The notes under the pieces: generated by a model
Database searches by the model: none
Told to the model about the DNA's origin: nothing
The model's input: the letters and a program-made list of their open reading frames with translations, nothing else
Position numbers and translations under genes: made by a program
From: Nitrosopumilus sp.
GTDB taxonomy: Archaea; Thermoproteota; Nitrososphaeria; Nitrososphaerales; Nitrosopumilaceae
Direction: 5' to 3'
NCBI GenBank assembly: GCA_965214775.1
Contig: OZ243974.1
Location: 896,001 to 960,000, forward strand
DNA length: 64,000 nucleotides
Part shown: piece by piece, positions 9,634 through 19,627 of the stretch
Layout: the number at the start of each line of letters is the position of its first letter
How positions within the stretch are numbered: position 1 is the first letter of the stretch

Positions 9634-11187
9634 TCAGTGTTTTCTGAAAAGTCCCGAGACTGCCATGACAATTCCCGAGAGTGTCATTCCAGCTAGTCCA
9701 AGAACTTCGTTTGACTGGAACAAGAACGCGGATCCGACAAAGAGGGAAGATGCAAAGATGCTTCCGCTTATCAGAACCACCGGCCTTCTTTTTTTCATAA
9801 AAAATCGGGCCTCATCCATCAGTTTCTTCATTTCAGGTCCCGCTCTTAACGCAAGATCGACTGATTTTGAAAAATTATCAAACGATATTTTTAATTCCTG
9901 GACATATGCCCTTGCTATCAAATTTTCCTCTTGCAGGATGTTTCTCAGAACTTTGACAAATTTGAAGTCCACGTCGTGTGTCTTGTAAATTCCTTCAATG
10001 ATTGACGCCATTCTCATGTACAGTGCCAGGTTTTTTGGCAGGACAAAGGGAAACTTGCTCATCGTTTGGTTTGCCAGCTCCATCAGGCTCTGAATCTCCA
10101 TTTCGTCAGGCTTGCTTCCATGCATGGCACGGATGGAAAGTTCTATCCCTTTCTCAATAACTTCGCGGTTGTATCCCGGAGTAAGCATTCCAAGCTCGTT
10201 CATTGCATTGACAACCCTGGGAGGATTTCGCTCAACTAATGCAAGGTAAAGTCTAACAAGCTTGAACCTGGTCTCGTTGTTGATTCGTCCAACCATTCCA
10301 TAGTCATACAGGATTAGCTTTCCATCACCGGTAACTGAGATGTTTCCGGGATGCGGATCGGCATGAAATATGGAGTGTTTTAGAAGCATCGTAAAAAAGA
10401 CCTTGTGCACGTCAATGACTAGCTGTTCTCGATCAATTCCTGCCTGATCGAGCTCCTTTACGTTTGTGACCTTGATTCCAGGCAGGTATTCCATGGTAAG
10501 GACGTTTTTTGACGAAAAATCTCCATAGACTGACGGAACCACGACCTTGTCGGAGCTTTCCATGTCGGATTTTATTTGCCTAAGGTTTGATGATTCGTTT
10601 GCATAGTCCATTTCTTCATGAATTGTTTCGATAAACTGTGAGAGCATGGCTTTTGCAGAATAGCGCAGGTTGGGATCTACAAAACGCAGTGCCAGTGGAA
10701 GAATTTTTTTCAATACGTCCAAGTCTTCGGCGACTATCTTTTCAATTCCAGGTCTCTTTACCTTAACGACAATCTGTCGTCCGGAGATGGATCCCCTGTA
10801 AACCTGGCCCAGAGACGCGCCGGAAATCGAGTTTGGATCTATATTGTCAAACTTCTCACTGATGGGGCCAATCTCTTCTTCAATAATGGGCCTGACTTGT
10901 TCAAAAGGGGCCGGAGGAACGCTGTCTTGAAGTTTGGATAGTTCTTGCAGGTAAGGCTGTGGCAGAATGTCTGCTCTTGAGGACAGCCACTGGCCCAACT
11001 TGATGTAGACCGGGCCCAGTGAAATGAAGGTTGCAAGAACCTTTCTGGCGTTTTTTCTAAATCGCTCAGAGTCAATTTCGTTTTTTGACTGTTTGATCCA
11101 TGCCTTTCTGTCTTTTCTCAGAGACAGGATTGAAGGAAGGAGTTTTACCAGCACTTTGATGGCTCTGACCTTGGACAAGACAATCAC
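9634..11187 (-). CDS. AarF/ABC1/UbiB atypical kinase
   Basis: LGPVYIKLGQ, ASLGQVY, VKVKRP, FHADPHPGN, DYGMVG. Confidence 0.92.
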   Translation of the reverse strand: MIVLSKVRAIKVLVKLLPSILSLRKDRKAWIKQSKNEIDSERFRKNARKVLATFISLGPVYIKLGQWLSSRADILPQPYLQELSKLQDSVPPAPFEQVRPIIEEEIGPISEKFDNIDPNSISGASLGQVYRGSISGRQIVVKVKRPGIEKIVAEDLDVLKKILPLALRFVDPNLRYSAKAMLSQFIETIHEEMDYANESSNLRQIKSDMESSDKVVVPSVYGDFSSKNVLTMEYLPGIKVTNVKELDQAGIDREQLVIDVHKVFFTMLLKHSIFHADPHPGNISVTGDGKLILYDYGMVGRINNETRFKLVRLYLALVERNPPRVVNAMNELGMLTPGYNREVIEKGIELSIRAMHGSKPDEMEIQSLMELANQTMSKFPFVLPKNLALYMRMASIIEGIYKTHDVDFKFVKVLRNILQEENLIARAYVQELKISFDNFSKSVDLALRAGPEMKKLMDEARFFMKKRRPVVLISGSIFASSLFVGSAFLFQSNEVLGLAGMTLSGIVMAVSGLFRKH

Positions 11188-11564
11188 TCCAGATAATTTT
11201 TTAATTTCTTTGTAACTGCGTATCCAGCACAGCCTGCGATTAACGAGGCAAGCAGAATTGCAGGAATCGAGGATTTGCCTGATTTTTTCTTTAATATTTT
11301 TGCGACTTGTGTTCCGCCAAAGATGCCACAGGCCAGGCCAACCAGGAATTCAGGTGCGTCCTTTACAAGATGGCCCACAGGATCCACCCTAGGATCGATT
11401 TTGTCCGTATGAACTAGGAATTTATCATCATACTCCCTGATGTGTAGATTTCCATACCGATACTGCTTCCTGGCTCCGTTTTTTTGTCCAAGGAATGTTT
11501 CTTCAGCCCCGTCAAGCATGAATTCGCGCAATTCCTTTGGGACCTCAATTTCATCCCTTGGCAT
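11184..11564 (-). CDS. Hypothetical membrane protein
   Basis: ATG ORF with upstream TATA-like element, 4-bp overlap with the kinase gene, C-terminal hydrophobic helices. Confidence 0.75.
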   Translation of the reverse strand: MPRDEIEVPKELREFMLDGAEETFLGQKNGARKQYRYGNLHIREYDDKFLVHTDKIDPRVDPVGHLVKDAPEFLVGLACGIFGGTQVAKILKKKSGKSSIPAILLASLIAGCAGYAVTKKLKNYLE

Positions 11565-11764
11565 GATCGCAAGAGCAAGTGATTGCTTATAATCTTACGG
11601 TATGCCCGAAAGTGCTTTGAGGCTAGAGTTGGACAAGCAAAGACGCGGCATCTAGAAATCCCAACTAGTCCTGTGTTCCCTTTATCGAGTATTTTAGAAC
11701 CAGGTTCGAACAGAAAGTAGGGGAAACCTTGCCCAAAAAGGATCTTATGCCGCCTATTGAAAAT

Positions 11765-11953
11765 TTAGCCGTTGATCTTGTCTTTTGTAAACAACACAAA
11801 ACTAGCTCCAAAACAAAGCACCATTGCAATTCCGGTTGCATATGCGTAATTGAAACCAATTCCAAGGTGATCTGTTTCGTGATAGTAGTTTATCAAAAAT
11901 GTTGCAACCAACAAAACTGCGCCAATGTACGTTAATTTTCTGTGTAATTCCAT
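11765..11953 (-). CDS. Small two-TM hypothetical protein
   Basis: 62 aa with two hydrophobic segments. Confidence 0.6.
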   Translation of the reverse strand: MELHRKLTYIGAVLLVATFLINYYHETDHLGIGFNYAYATGIAMVLCFGASFVLFTKDKING

Positions 11954-12175
11954 AAAATTTTCACCACTAGAAGCTATATGAATTTAGAAACATCAGAAAC
12001 CCTCAAGAAGGAAGAGGAGGAAGAGGAGCTGTGACAGATCCAACTGATGCTGCCTGCCATGAAGTGCTCACAAATAATCGGGGGCCTTTTGCGGGGCAGT
12101 CTAGCTGTGTTTTGCCGGCTCAAACCCTTGCGGGTTGCCATAAAAGGAAGAGAGATGCGCCCTTTGCCACCACCC

Positions 12176-12246
12176 GTAGTCAGTACATAAAAAAGCGGAC
12201 AGTCTTGACAACTGTTTTTGATCCAAAGATTAAGATCAGGCAGGCC
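12176..12246. repeat. Second copy of the segment at 7730-7800 (IS630-associated end fragment)
   Basis: GTAGT..CATAAAAAA..TTGACAACTG.TTTTGATCCAAA.ATTAAGATCAGGCA shared with 7730-7800. Confidence 0.75.
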
Positions 12247-12269
12247 GTATGTACATGTATGAGCATACA

Positions 12270-12469
12270 TATAGCAACGGGCAGAAGTCTTTGAGTCAAA
12301 GTAGGTCATAATTACACGTAAAAACCTCAATTATTTCTGCTCGTTGGTAACAGGTCGGGCTCTGGAAGCTGCTCCTGATTTTAGGCACAATCTACACGGG
12401 AGGCCTCCCCAAGATGACAAAACTCGCGCCTGAACTTCCAGAGCCCGACCTGTTACGCTCGTTGCCATA
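12270..12469. mobile_element. MITE family B interrupted by a family-A MITE
   Basis: Matches 1580-1662; the right TIR is split by the insertion at 12347. Confidence 0.88.
12347..12456. mobile_element. MITE family A, nested
   Basis: GTAACAGG...CCTGTTAC with 8-bp TSD GCTCGTTG (12339-12346, 12457-12464). Confidence 0.93.
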
Positions 12470-12483
12470 TTACGCATAAGATC

Positions 12484-12573
12484 GTACGAGTTTACCCCTT
12501 GGACGTCCTAGTGTCTGGAGCCTTCATGATCACGCCTGTCACATCGTATCTCAGGTGAGGGGTAAACTCGTAC
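12484..12573. mobile_element. MITE family F (90 bp)
   Basis: TIR GTACGAGTTTACCCCT...AGGGGTAAACTCGTAC with 9-bp TSD CATAAGATC. Confidence 0.92.
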
Positions 12574-12622
12574 CATAAGATCCGGTGTTAGTTTTAAATA
12601 TTGACTCCATTATAATCACAAC

Positions 12623-12766
12623 ATGGCGTTAAGAGAAGTCAAACCGCTGGATAAAAAACAATGGGCTCAAGTTCAAGACATGTTGAAAACTGGGCCAACT
12701 GATGAATCCATTGCTATTGTAAAGAAAGCTCTGGAACGTGCCTCAAAAATTAAGAGGGATTATTAA
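12623..12766 (+). CDS. Small 47-aa protein, putative antitoxin of the downstream GNAT
   Basis: MALREVKPLDKKQWAQVQDMLKTGPTDESIAIVKKALERASKIKRDY, not in the ORF track. Ends 18 bp before the GNAT start. Confidence 0.55.
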   Translation: MALREVKPLDKKQWAQVQDMLKTGPTDESIAIVKKALERASKIKRDY

Positions 12767-12784
12767 TTTTTCTTGGCTGCAAAG

Positions 12785-13328
12785 ATGAGTCTTGATGCAG
12801 TTGACGTTAAGTTTGAACGACTTGGATCTACTGATCCAATAGACAAGACGTTTGAATCCTCAGATCCTGAATTTACAGAATATTATCAAATACAGTCTCA
12901 GTATGATCTACAAGAAGGCCTTGCAGGAACTTATCTGCTAAAAGTAGATGGCAGAGTAGTTGGTTATGTGTCATTAGCTATGGCTCATTTACGAAGAGTC
13001 CACAGAGCAAACATATGCAAAAGAGTCTGACGGAAATATACCTGCATTATTAATCAGTCATCTTTCTGCGCATAAAGAGCATCCAAGAGAAGGAATCGGT
13101 ACTAGACTAATAGATGAATCGCTTAGAATTGCAACTAAATATTCAGAATATATCGGATGTCGGTATCTGATACTAAATCCAAGAGATGGTGACATAGTAA
13201 GAAAATTCTATGAGGCATATGGTTTTACATATGTCAACAATGAAAAAGATGACAAAGAAAACGACGCATTCATTTTAGATATTCAACAGGAAAAAAACCC
13301 ACAGTTTGAATTTAAGAGGGACTGTTAA
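12785..13328 (+). pseudogene. Frameshifted GNAT acetyltransferase (TacT/AtaT-like toxin)
   Basis: First frame ..VVGYVSL... After a shift near 12993 it reads IPALLISHLSAHKEHPREGIGTRLI..GCRYLILNP..RKFYEAYGF to TAA at 13328. Confidence 0.75.
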
Positions 13329-13384
13329 GTTGCAGGGATGTGATTCTGCCTGTCAAGAGTTGGGGTACGAAAATTCCAGATCTT

Positions 13385-13495
13385 CCAACAGCTCGGGCTC
13401 TGCATGCCGTTCCCGATTTTAGGCACGAGTTATGTCTGAGTGGCCCTTTTTGGTGGCAAAACTCACGCCTGAACATCCAGAGCCAGAGATGTTGC
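13385..13495. mobile_element. Degenerate MITE family A
   Basis: AACAGCTCGGGCTCTG..TTTTAGGCAC..AAAACTCACGCCTGAACATCCAGAGCC. Confidence 0.75.
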
Positions 13496-13650
13496 AATTG
13501 TGGCCTCAAGCTCGCTGCGTGTGGGTCAGCGGCCCTTCATAATGCCGATGTTGTGCAGGCATCGTATTTGATCAGCATGATCGCAGTGTGACGTTAAGTA
13601 GGTTGCCAAAACACGGGTGGTCACATACAAAAAAATTTCAGATGGGGTAT

Positions 13651-13732
13651 TAGACTTTATGCGTAATCGGTGCAGATCTAGAATTATTACGAACAAATTC
13701 ATCTCATTTAGGTCGATTACGCATAAAGTCTA
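13651..13732. mobile_element. MITE family E (82 bp)
   Basis: Perfect TIR TAGACTTTATGCGTAATCG...CGATTACGCATAAAGTCTA. Inverted copy at 47609; lone end at 14213-14231. Confidence 0.88.
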
Positions 13733-13804
13733 TTACGGGTCTTGAGAACCTCAAGACCATACTCAAAAAGAAGGGATGCTACAACCAGCTGCTTGACATA
13801 TACG

Positions 13805-13934
13805 GAGGTTGTCGCCTAATCCCACTTGTTTTACTTAATCTGTACGTTTTTCTGAATTTCTGCCCTTTTACACGCCTGATCCATGTGACGTTTCAGCGGT
13901 TTTCAGGAATTCTAGCGAATTAGGTGACAACCCC
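13805..13934. mobile_element. MITE family C
   Basis: GAGGTTGTCGCCTAAT...AATTAGGTGACAACCCC with degenerate TSD CATAT(G)ACG. Confidence 0.88.
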
Positions 13935-14265
13935 CATATGACGTACATGGTACGGACAGCCTTTCTTCTGACTCGTCAGCGGGGCACATGGCCGTGCTGC
14001 ATGGTTGCGCATGTCTTTTTGACATGAACCGGTTTTTGTGTGCCATGGCAGGATCCGCATGCAGCAGTCTGATCTGATCAACACGTTTACGTCTGGATGA
14101 TCTTGCGGAATTTTTAATCACAATATCAACATCAAAAAATGGAATATGATTTTGATACATCGTGCCTGTTTTGCCAAAAAAATATTCGATTTTCAACTGC
14201 ACGCACTACAGTCAATTACGCATAATGTCTAATGGATATTTCCAGGTTTTAGACTAAAAATCCAG

Positions 14266-15582
14266 TCACGAAGGCGTAATTGGCTGTCTTTTGCGCCTGC
14301 GCATCAAGAAAATCCCCATTCCAATGGCAACTGCTATAGGAATTACCGCCAATGATGCGTCCGGACCGCCTTCTTCCTCGTTTGAAAGTTCTCCAACGAA
14401 AATTAAAGTATCGTGGCTTACAAAAATTTCATCGCGAACTCCGTCCTTGTATCTTACGGTAATTGTTACCTCATGCTCCCCATACTGTGGCTGGCCGTCA
14501 AATTCGATTGGGAGGTTGAATGGAACGGGAGCATCAACTTCTATTTCATCAATAAATTGGGATTGCGGTTTGATGTTAGAGTCGCCTCGCGGTTCAATGG
14601 ATGCAAACCCGAACAGTCCGTCTTCGTTTCCCTCATTGAGAATTTCCCCGACAACCATCTGGATTCCAGAGAGCTCTATTACCTTTACGTTGAACACCGT
14701 CAGATCAATCAGTCCCTTGATGTAGAAATCGGCAATTTTTGAAATTACTTCTTGATCTCCGTGCGCATTATAGTATGAAATCGATAATGGGATTCGTAAC
14801 GTGTCTCCTTTAAGCGATTCTGGAACGTATACGGTTGCAGTCAGGAACTTTGCGGATTGGGGCTCAATTGTCCCTATATCCCAGTTTGATTCCAAGATTA
14901 CCACGTTCTCAACATTGGTCGTTGAAGATGCTGTTGATGCACGTTCTGTTTGGGTGTTCGTTGAGACAATATCAACGCCCGATATTGGCGCGGTTCCATC
15001 ATTTGCAATTTCAATCGTAACGTTGTTTGTTGTCAACGAGGTCAAAAATGGTTCCAGTGCCCGAACGTTGATAACGCTGTCTCCAGTAACTTTGAATTGA
15101 AAGTCGGCAAATGCCGTTCTGACTCCGGATTCCCGCAGTCTCGAATAGTCGACTTTGACTGTTGCCGGATACTGCTGGACCGGGGTAGTGTCGGCAATAT
15201 TGACAAAAAATGTCAGATGGAAACTGTCTCCGGCAAGGGAATTGGAATCACTGTCAGCCCTAATAACGGTGCCCGGTCCATCTGACGGACCAAACCCAAA
15301 CGGCAGTGACAGCTGTCCTCGGATTCCGGTAATGTCCTGGCTTCCAACGTTTGCAAAAATCACGGTGAATGGGACGTTTCTGTCACCGGCCTCGACTTCG
15401 ATCTTTTCATTCAGGGTTCCAAAGTACGCATCAAGGAATTTTACATCCCCAAAATCACGCTCAAACGGCGAATTGCCAAAACCGCCGGACGTGATTTGGG
15501 CAGATGAACCGTTTGTGACCAGCGGCAAAAATCCAATTATTATTGCCACCACAACTGGCAGCACTAGCTTTTGAGCAGTCAT
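14266..15582 (-). CDS. Membrane-anchored S-layer-domain (COG1361-like) protein of the ABC exporter operon
   Basis: Signal peptide, Ig-like beta-rich domains, C-terminal TM plus basic tail. 4-bp overlap with the ABC ATPase. Confidence 0.75.
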   Translation of the reverse strand: MTAQKLVLPVVVAIIIGFLPLVTNGSSAQITSGGFGNSPFERDFGDVKFLDAYFGTLNEKIEVEAGDRNVPFTVIFANVGSQDITGIRGQLSLPFGFGPSDGPGTVIRADSDSNSLAGDSFHLTFFVNIADTTPVQQYPATVKVDYSRLRESGVRTAFADFQFKVTGDSVINVRALEPFLTSLTTNNVTIEIANDGTAPISGVDIVSTNTQTERASTASSTTNVENVVILESNWDIGTIEPQSAKFLTATVYVPESLKGDTLRIPLSISYYNAHGDQEVISKIADFYIKGLIDLTVFNVKVIELSGIQMVVGEILNEGNEDGLFGFASIEPRGDSNIKPQSQFIDEIEVDAPVPFNLPIEFDGQPQYGEHEVTITVRYKDGVRDEIFVSHDTLIFVGELSNEEEGGPDASLAVIPIAVAIGMGIFLMRRRKRQPITPS

Positions 15583-16292
15583 GCTGTCAGGGCCTTCTCC
15601 ATTCCATGCAGATGATCTCCTTCAGATGTCTTGCCGTCGTTAATTGTGATTATTCTGTCAGCATCCCCAAAATGCTGTCTGTCGTGGGTCACGATAATGA
15701 AGGTCTGATTGAGCTTTTTTGCCATTGATTTCATCAGGTCAACTATAACCTGGGAAGTAACCGAGTCAAGATTTCCAGTCGGCTCGTCGGCCAGAACTAT
15801 TGACGGCTTGTTTACCAGTCCGCGTGCAATTGCGGCTCTCTGGGCCTGCCCGCCGGAGATCTTGTTTGCACGCTTGTTAATTTGGGATTCAAGTCCCACA
15901 GAAGTCAACAGATCAATTGCGTCGGATTTTGCCGTTTGAGTGCTTTTGCCGATCTGTCTGGGCAGCAGAACGTTTTCCAGGACGGTTAGATCAGAAAGAA
16001 GGTTGGAAAATTGGAAGATAAACCCTAGTTTCTTGTTTCTAAACGATGATATGCTGCTGTCGTTTAGCGATGTGGTATCAGTACCGTCAATGAAAATTTT
16101 GCCTTTTGTCGGTCTGTCAAGCAGTCCTATCATGTTAAGCAGTGTGGACTTTCCCGAGCCGGAGCTTCCGACAATCAAAACAAATTCCCCCCGCTTGATT
16201 GAAAACGAAGCGTTGTCAAGTGCCCTTACCTTGTTTTCCCCTTCTCCGTATATCTTGCTGACATTGTCGATTTCCAGTAGTGCCCTAGACAG
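15579..16292 (-). CDS. ABC transporter ATP-binding protein (LolD/MacB-like)
   Basis: GSSGSGKST, ISGGQAQR, LADEPTGNLD. The frame is open upstream of 16178 (LLEIDNVSKIYGEG); start uncertain, possibly CTG at 16292. Confidence 0.88.
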   Translation of the reverse strand: MSRALLEIDNVSKIYGEGENKVRALDNASFSIKRGEFVLIVGSSGSGKSTLLNMIGLLDRPTKGKIFIDGTDTTSLNDSSISSFRNKKLGFIFQFSNLLSDLTVLENVLLPRQIGKSTQTAKSDAIDLLTSVGLESQINKRANKISGGQAQRAAIARGLVNKPSIVLADEPTGNLDSVTSQVIVDLMKSMAKKLNQTFIIVTHDRQHFGDADRIITINDGKTSEGDHLHGMEKALTA

Positions 16293-17472
16293 TTCTCATC
16301 GCCTCCACAGGCAGTAATTTCGTTGCCCTATACGACGGATACAACGAGGCAATTATTGCCAGAATAAATGACATTAGTGCGGTTTGGGCAATCTTTCCCC
16401 AATCATAGCTCACCTCTAGAGGCAGGCTGTTGTTAAAGGACATTTTCGTTTCCTTGGCATAAAATGTATAACCCAGTCCTGCTGCCGTCCCCACGCCTGC
16501 CCCGATTGCCCCAATGATCATTCCCTGGAAAATGAAGATGATCAGGATGTCCCTTCTTTTTGCGCCAATTGACCTCATGAGGCCGATTTCCCTGGTTTTC
16601 CCGTTTACCAGCATCATCTGGATGGTGACGATTGCAAACGCCGAGGACATCATGCCAAAGTAACCAATCATGTTGATCATTGCAATTCCAGATCTAAATC
16701 CAGCCAGCTGTTCTTCGGCAGACTCCTCTATGGTTTCAGCTAAAAAGTCATCGTTAGGAAACGAACGTAAAAAGAATTCCTTGACTTCAAAAGCCTTTGA
16801 TGGATCGTTTAATTTTACCATAAGTGAGCCGGTGTCACCCTGACGGTTCATCATGTCCCGTAGCGTGTCAATATGGATCACGGCAGTATAGTCAAAGCCC
16901 TGGCCCCCCGGGGATTTTGCAATTCCAGATACGGTGAACCGTCTTATTTGATCCTCGCCGTATCTGTCTACTACAAGAACCTTGACGCTGTCTCCAACCT
17001 CTGCCCCGCCCAGGTCTCTTGCGACATTAGAACCCAGAACGATTGAATTTCTTGAAAATACATAGGATCCGTCTGAAACGGTTTCGTGGACTGTCGAGGC
17101 ACGGATATCCGTAAAGGGATCAACCCCTACGATTGGAACACGCGTTTCTTCGACAAGCTTGCCATGCTTTGTCATGTTCACTTCTGCAGTCGACGAGAGC
17201 CGCGGCGTCGCGGCTTCAACATACGGGATTCTTTCAAACCAGCTTACAAGAGACAGATCAGACTTGTCGATGAAATCAGCATCGTCAGTTACAAGAATGT
17301 CCCCGTTTCTGTAATCACTGATGTCCCGAACAATAGCATCAAAGAGCCCCTGAAAGATTACAAAATTTACATGAATTACTAAAATTCCAATCGTTACAGC
17401 CAGGACTGCCCCTATCAAACTCCCTTTTTTGTTAAACAGCATTCTCTTTGCCAGGGTCAGCCTGTATTCCAC
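16285..17472 (-). CDS. ABC transporter permease (FtsX/LolE/MacB-like)
   Basis: KTREIGLMRSIGA..I..IF and ASLYPSYRATKL.PVEAMR. Confidence 0.9.
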   Translation of the reverse strand: MEYRLTLAKRMLFNKKGSLIGAVLAVTIGILVIHVNFVIFQGLFDAIVRDISDYRNGDILVTDDADFIDKSDLSLVSWFERIPYVEAATPRLSSTAEVNMTKHGKLVEETRVPIVGVDPFTDIRASTVHETVSDGSYVFSRNSIVLGSNVARDLGGAEVGDSVKVLVVDRYGEDQIRRFTVSGIAKSPGGQGFDYTAVIHIDTLRDMMNRQGDTGSLMVKLNDPSKAFEVKEFFLRSFPNDDFLAETIEESAEEQLAGFRSGIAMINMIGYFGMMSSAFAIVTIQMMLVNGKTREIGLMRSIGAKRRDILIIFIFQGMIIGAIGAGVGTAAGLGYTFYAKETKMSFNNSLPLEVSYDWGKIAQTALMSFILAIIASLYPSYRATKLLPVEAMRTV

Positions 17473-17558
17473 GATCAGAATAAAATAGTCCAGTATTTAA
17501 TATATATGATACATAGTGCTAACATAATGGACAATTTTATATAAAATTAGTTTTTTGT

Positions 17559-18497
17559 ATGCTTTATGGAGATACTTTGAGTGACAAAATGGACATTTTA
17601 GATATGAAAATTTTGAGCAGGTTGCTAAACAACTGCAGGGAGTCTGACAGGCAGATAGGCCTGGAACTGGGTGTCTCAGGGGGGGCAGTCCGCGCCAGAA
17701 TCAAAAAAATGCAGCAAAGCGGCATTATTGAAGACTTTTTCATCAAAGTCGAGCCTCCGGTTTTGGGATATGGAATTTTGTACTTTGTTGTGTCTGGAGA
17801 AGATATCAAAGAAATTTTAGAGCAGGTAAGCCTTGTCGGCGAACCGTTTGTTGTGGTCCCATGTGTTGGCGGAATTACGGTTTGCGGCATTGTGATCAGG
17901 GAGGATCTGGAGCAAAAAGTAGAGCTTGCATCAAAACTTATGAAGGATCTCAGGGTATTGACAATTTTTGAGGCCGACAGCAATAATGCCGGGTTTGATT
18001 CAAACCTTACAAAGACAGACCTTGAGATTTTGGGAGAACTGATTTCAGATCCCAGGCAAAAAATCGAAAAGATTGCAAAAAAAACCGGTTTGTCAACAAA
18101 GACAGTTGCAAGATGCATTGGCAAGCTTCGGGAAAACGACGGCATTCAATTTACATTGGTTTATGATCCCCAAAAAATCAAAGGTTTTATTCCGCATGTG
18201 ATCCTTGCATGGGTACAAGACGATCTCAAGGGCACGCTGGAAAACATGAACAAAGTGTTTTCTGACTCGTATCTACAAATTCCGTTTATTGCAAAAAATC
18301 AGATTGTCTTGTTTATGTACAGTGACAGTATCTTCAGGATGGACGAGGTCACTCAAAGGGTCAGAAACATCAAAAATGTAAAATCGACAGACTTGTTCAT
18401 ACCTAAAAAAATTTCATTTTATGACAAATGGCTGGACAGGGCAGTGGGTGATTTTAAGAAATCGCCAACGCTGCACCTGGCATATCAAACAAATTAA
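17559..18497 (+). CDS. Lrp/AsnC-family regulator with two HTH domains
   Basis: MDILDMKILSRL..CRES..IG..LGVS..AV..RIKKM, plus a second HTH (LTKTDLEIL..DPR). Confidence 0.85.
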   Translation: MLYGDTLSDKMDILDMKILSRLLNNCRESDRQIGLELGVSGGAVRARIKKMQQSGIIEDFFIKVEPPVLGYGILYFVVSGEDIKEILEQVSLVGEPFVVVPCVGGITVCGIVIREDLEQKVELASKLMKDLRVLTIFEADSNNAGFDSNLTKTDLEILGELISDPRQKIEKIAKKTGLSTKTVARCIGKLRENDGIQFTLVYDPQKIKGFIPHVILAWVQDDLKGTLENMNKVFSDSYLQIPFIAKNQIVLFMYSDSIFRMDEVTQRVRNIKNVKSTDLFIPKKISFYDKWLDRAVGDFKKSPTLHLAYQTN

Positions 18498-18522
18498 ATA
18501 ACAAGAATTTTGCACGGGATCA

Positions 18523-19038
18523 GTGAAAAAAACAAAGATCTATGACGGAAAAATTTTGGGATTAAGCGTGTATGACGGAAAAATCAAGGGAAGAAAGGTC
18601 AGGCGAGAGATAATAGAGCACAGAGGCGCATCGGCAATGCTTGCATTTGACGAAGATAAAAAACTGATTCTGGTCAGACAGGACAGATTTCCTCACGGGT
18701 GCGTTTTAGAGATTCCGGCAGGCACGCTGGAGAAAAACGAGGAGCCCGTAAAATGCGCATTCAGGGAACTAGAGGAAGAGACCGGATACAGGGCAAAAAA
18801 AATGACGCCGCTGATCACGTTTTACCCTTCAATTGGCTACAATTCAGAGATCATTCACTGCTTTTTAGCCTCAGGGGTGAAGAAAGGTGCCGGTTTGAGG
18901 CTTGACGAGGATGAAATTTTATCGGTAGAAAAGATGGATTTCAAAAAAGTGCTGGGAATGATCAAAACAGGAAAAATCCAGGATTCAAAAACGGTTTGTG
19001 CTGTTTTGGCATATGCATCAAAGAAGAGACTCTACTGA
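18523..19038 (+). CDS. NUDIX hydrolase (ADP-ribose pyrophosphatase-like)
   Basis: Nudix box GTLEKNEEPVKCAFRELEEETGY. Confidence 0.92.
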   Translation: MKKTKIYDGKILGLSVYDGKIKGRKVRREIIEHRGASAMLAFDEDKKLILVRQDRFPHGCVLEIPAGTLEKNEEPVKCAFRELEEETGYRAKKMTPLITFYPSIGYNSEIIHCFLASGVKKGAGLRLDEDEILSVEKMDFKKVLGMIKTGKIQDSKTVCAVLAYASKKRLY

Positions 19039-19044
19039 TTATTC

Positions 19045-19627
19045 GTAACCATATGTGTCTCAAAAACAAAATTCAGATGGTACCAAGATAAAAGGCAATG
19101 CAAACAGACAGATTAGCGCAAAAAAAAGGATATGTGTGAAATCAAAGGCGGAGCAGCAGTATGTCGGCCTGGACGTGCACAAGGAGTCCATCCAGGTCGC
19201 GGTGATGGACAAGGACGGCAAGGTCCTGGGGAATACAAAAATAAGCAACAGGAACAGCGAGATAAGAGAGATGTTTGCAAAGATTCCGGATAACACCAGG
19301 TGCGTCATGGAGTCCTCGTATGCTAAAGAAATAGATGGCCTTCAGTCAGTGCATAGTGGACATGCGTGTGAAATGAACGTCATCATCATTATTATTATTG
19401 TCATTACAGTTAGAACTTTAATCTGCGTTGATGTAGTTGAGGGAGATCCTCGTTTAGTAACTGCAGAACGGTTCTGACAAATGGATGAAGAATGGTACTG
19501 AGGGAGATCCTCGTATAGATAAGTGTCCGACCTTCATTTTGTGATTGTCAGGAAGAGACCCCCAGCCAAAGCCATACTTCACAACACCGTTACGCGTGGA
19601 ATCCTTATAAGCACGACACATAGATAC
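19045..19627 (+). mobile_element. Internally deleted IS110-family element, copy 1
   Basis: YVGLDVHKESIQVAVMD...CVMES (DEDD RuvC N-terminus), then a jump to the 3' end. Imperfect IR GTAACCATATGTGTC / GACACATAGATAC. Confidence 0.8.
19412..19541 (+). ncRNA. Putative IS110 bridge-RNA-like ncRNA, copy 1
   Basis: Two stem/internal-loop modules, each capped by the hairpin GAGGGAGATCCTC (19439, 19500), downstream of the IS110 ORF. Confidence 0.5.

Noticed and set aside
19055-19477. Functional protein from the ORF covering the IS110 3' region (also 26778-27260)
   Set aside because: Chimeric read-through across deletion junctions; the two copies use different frames over the same sequence, which favours a non-coding role.
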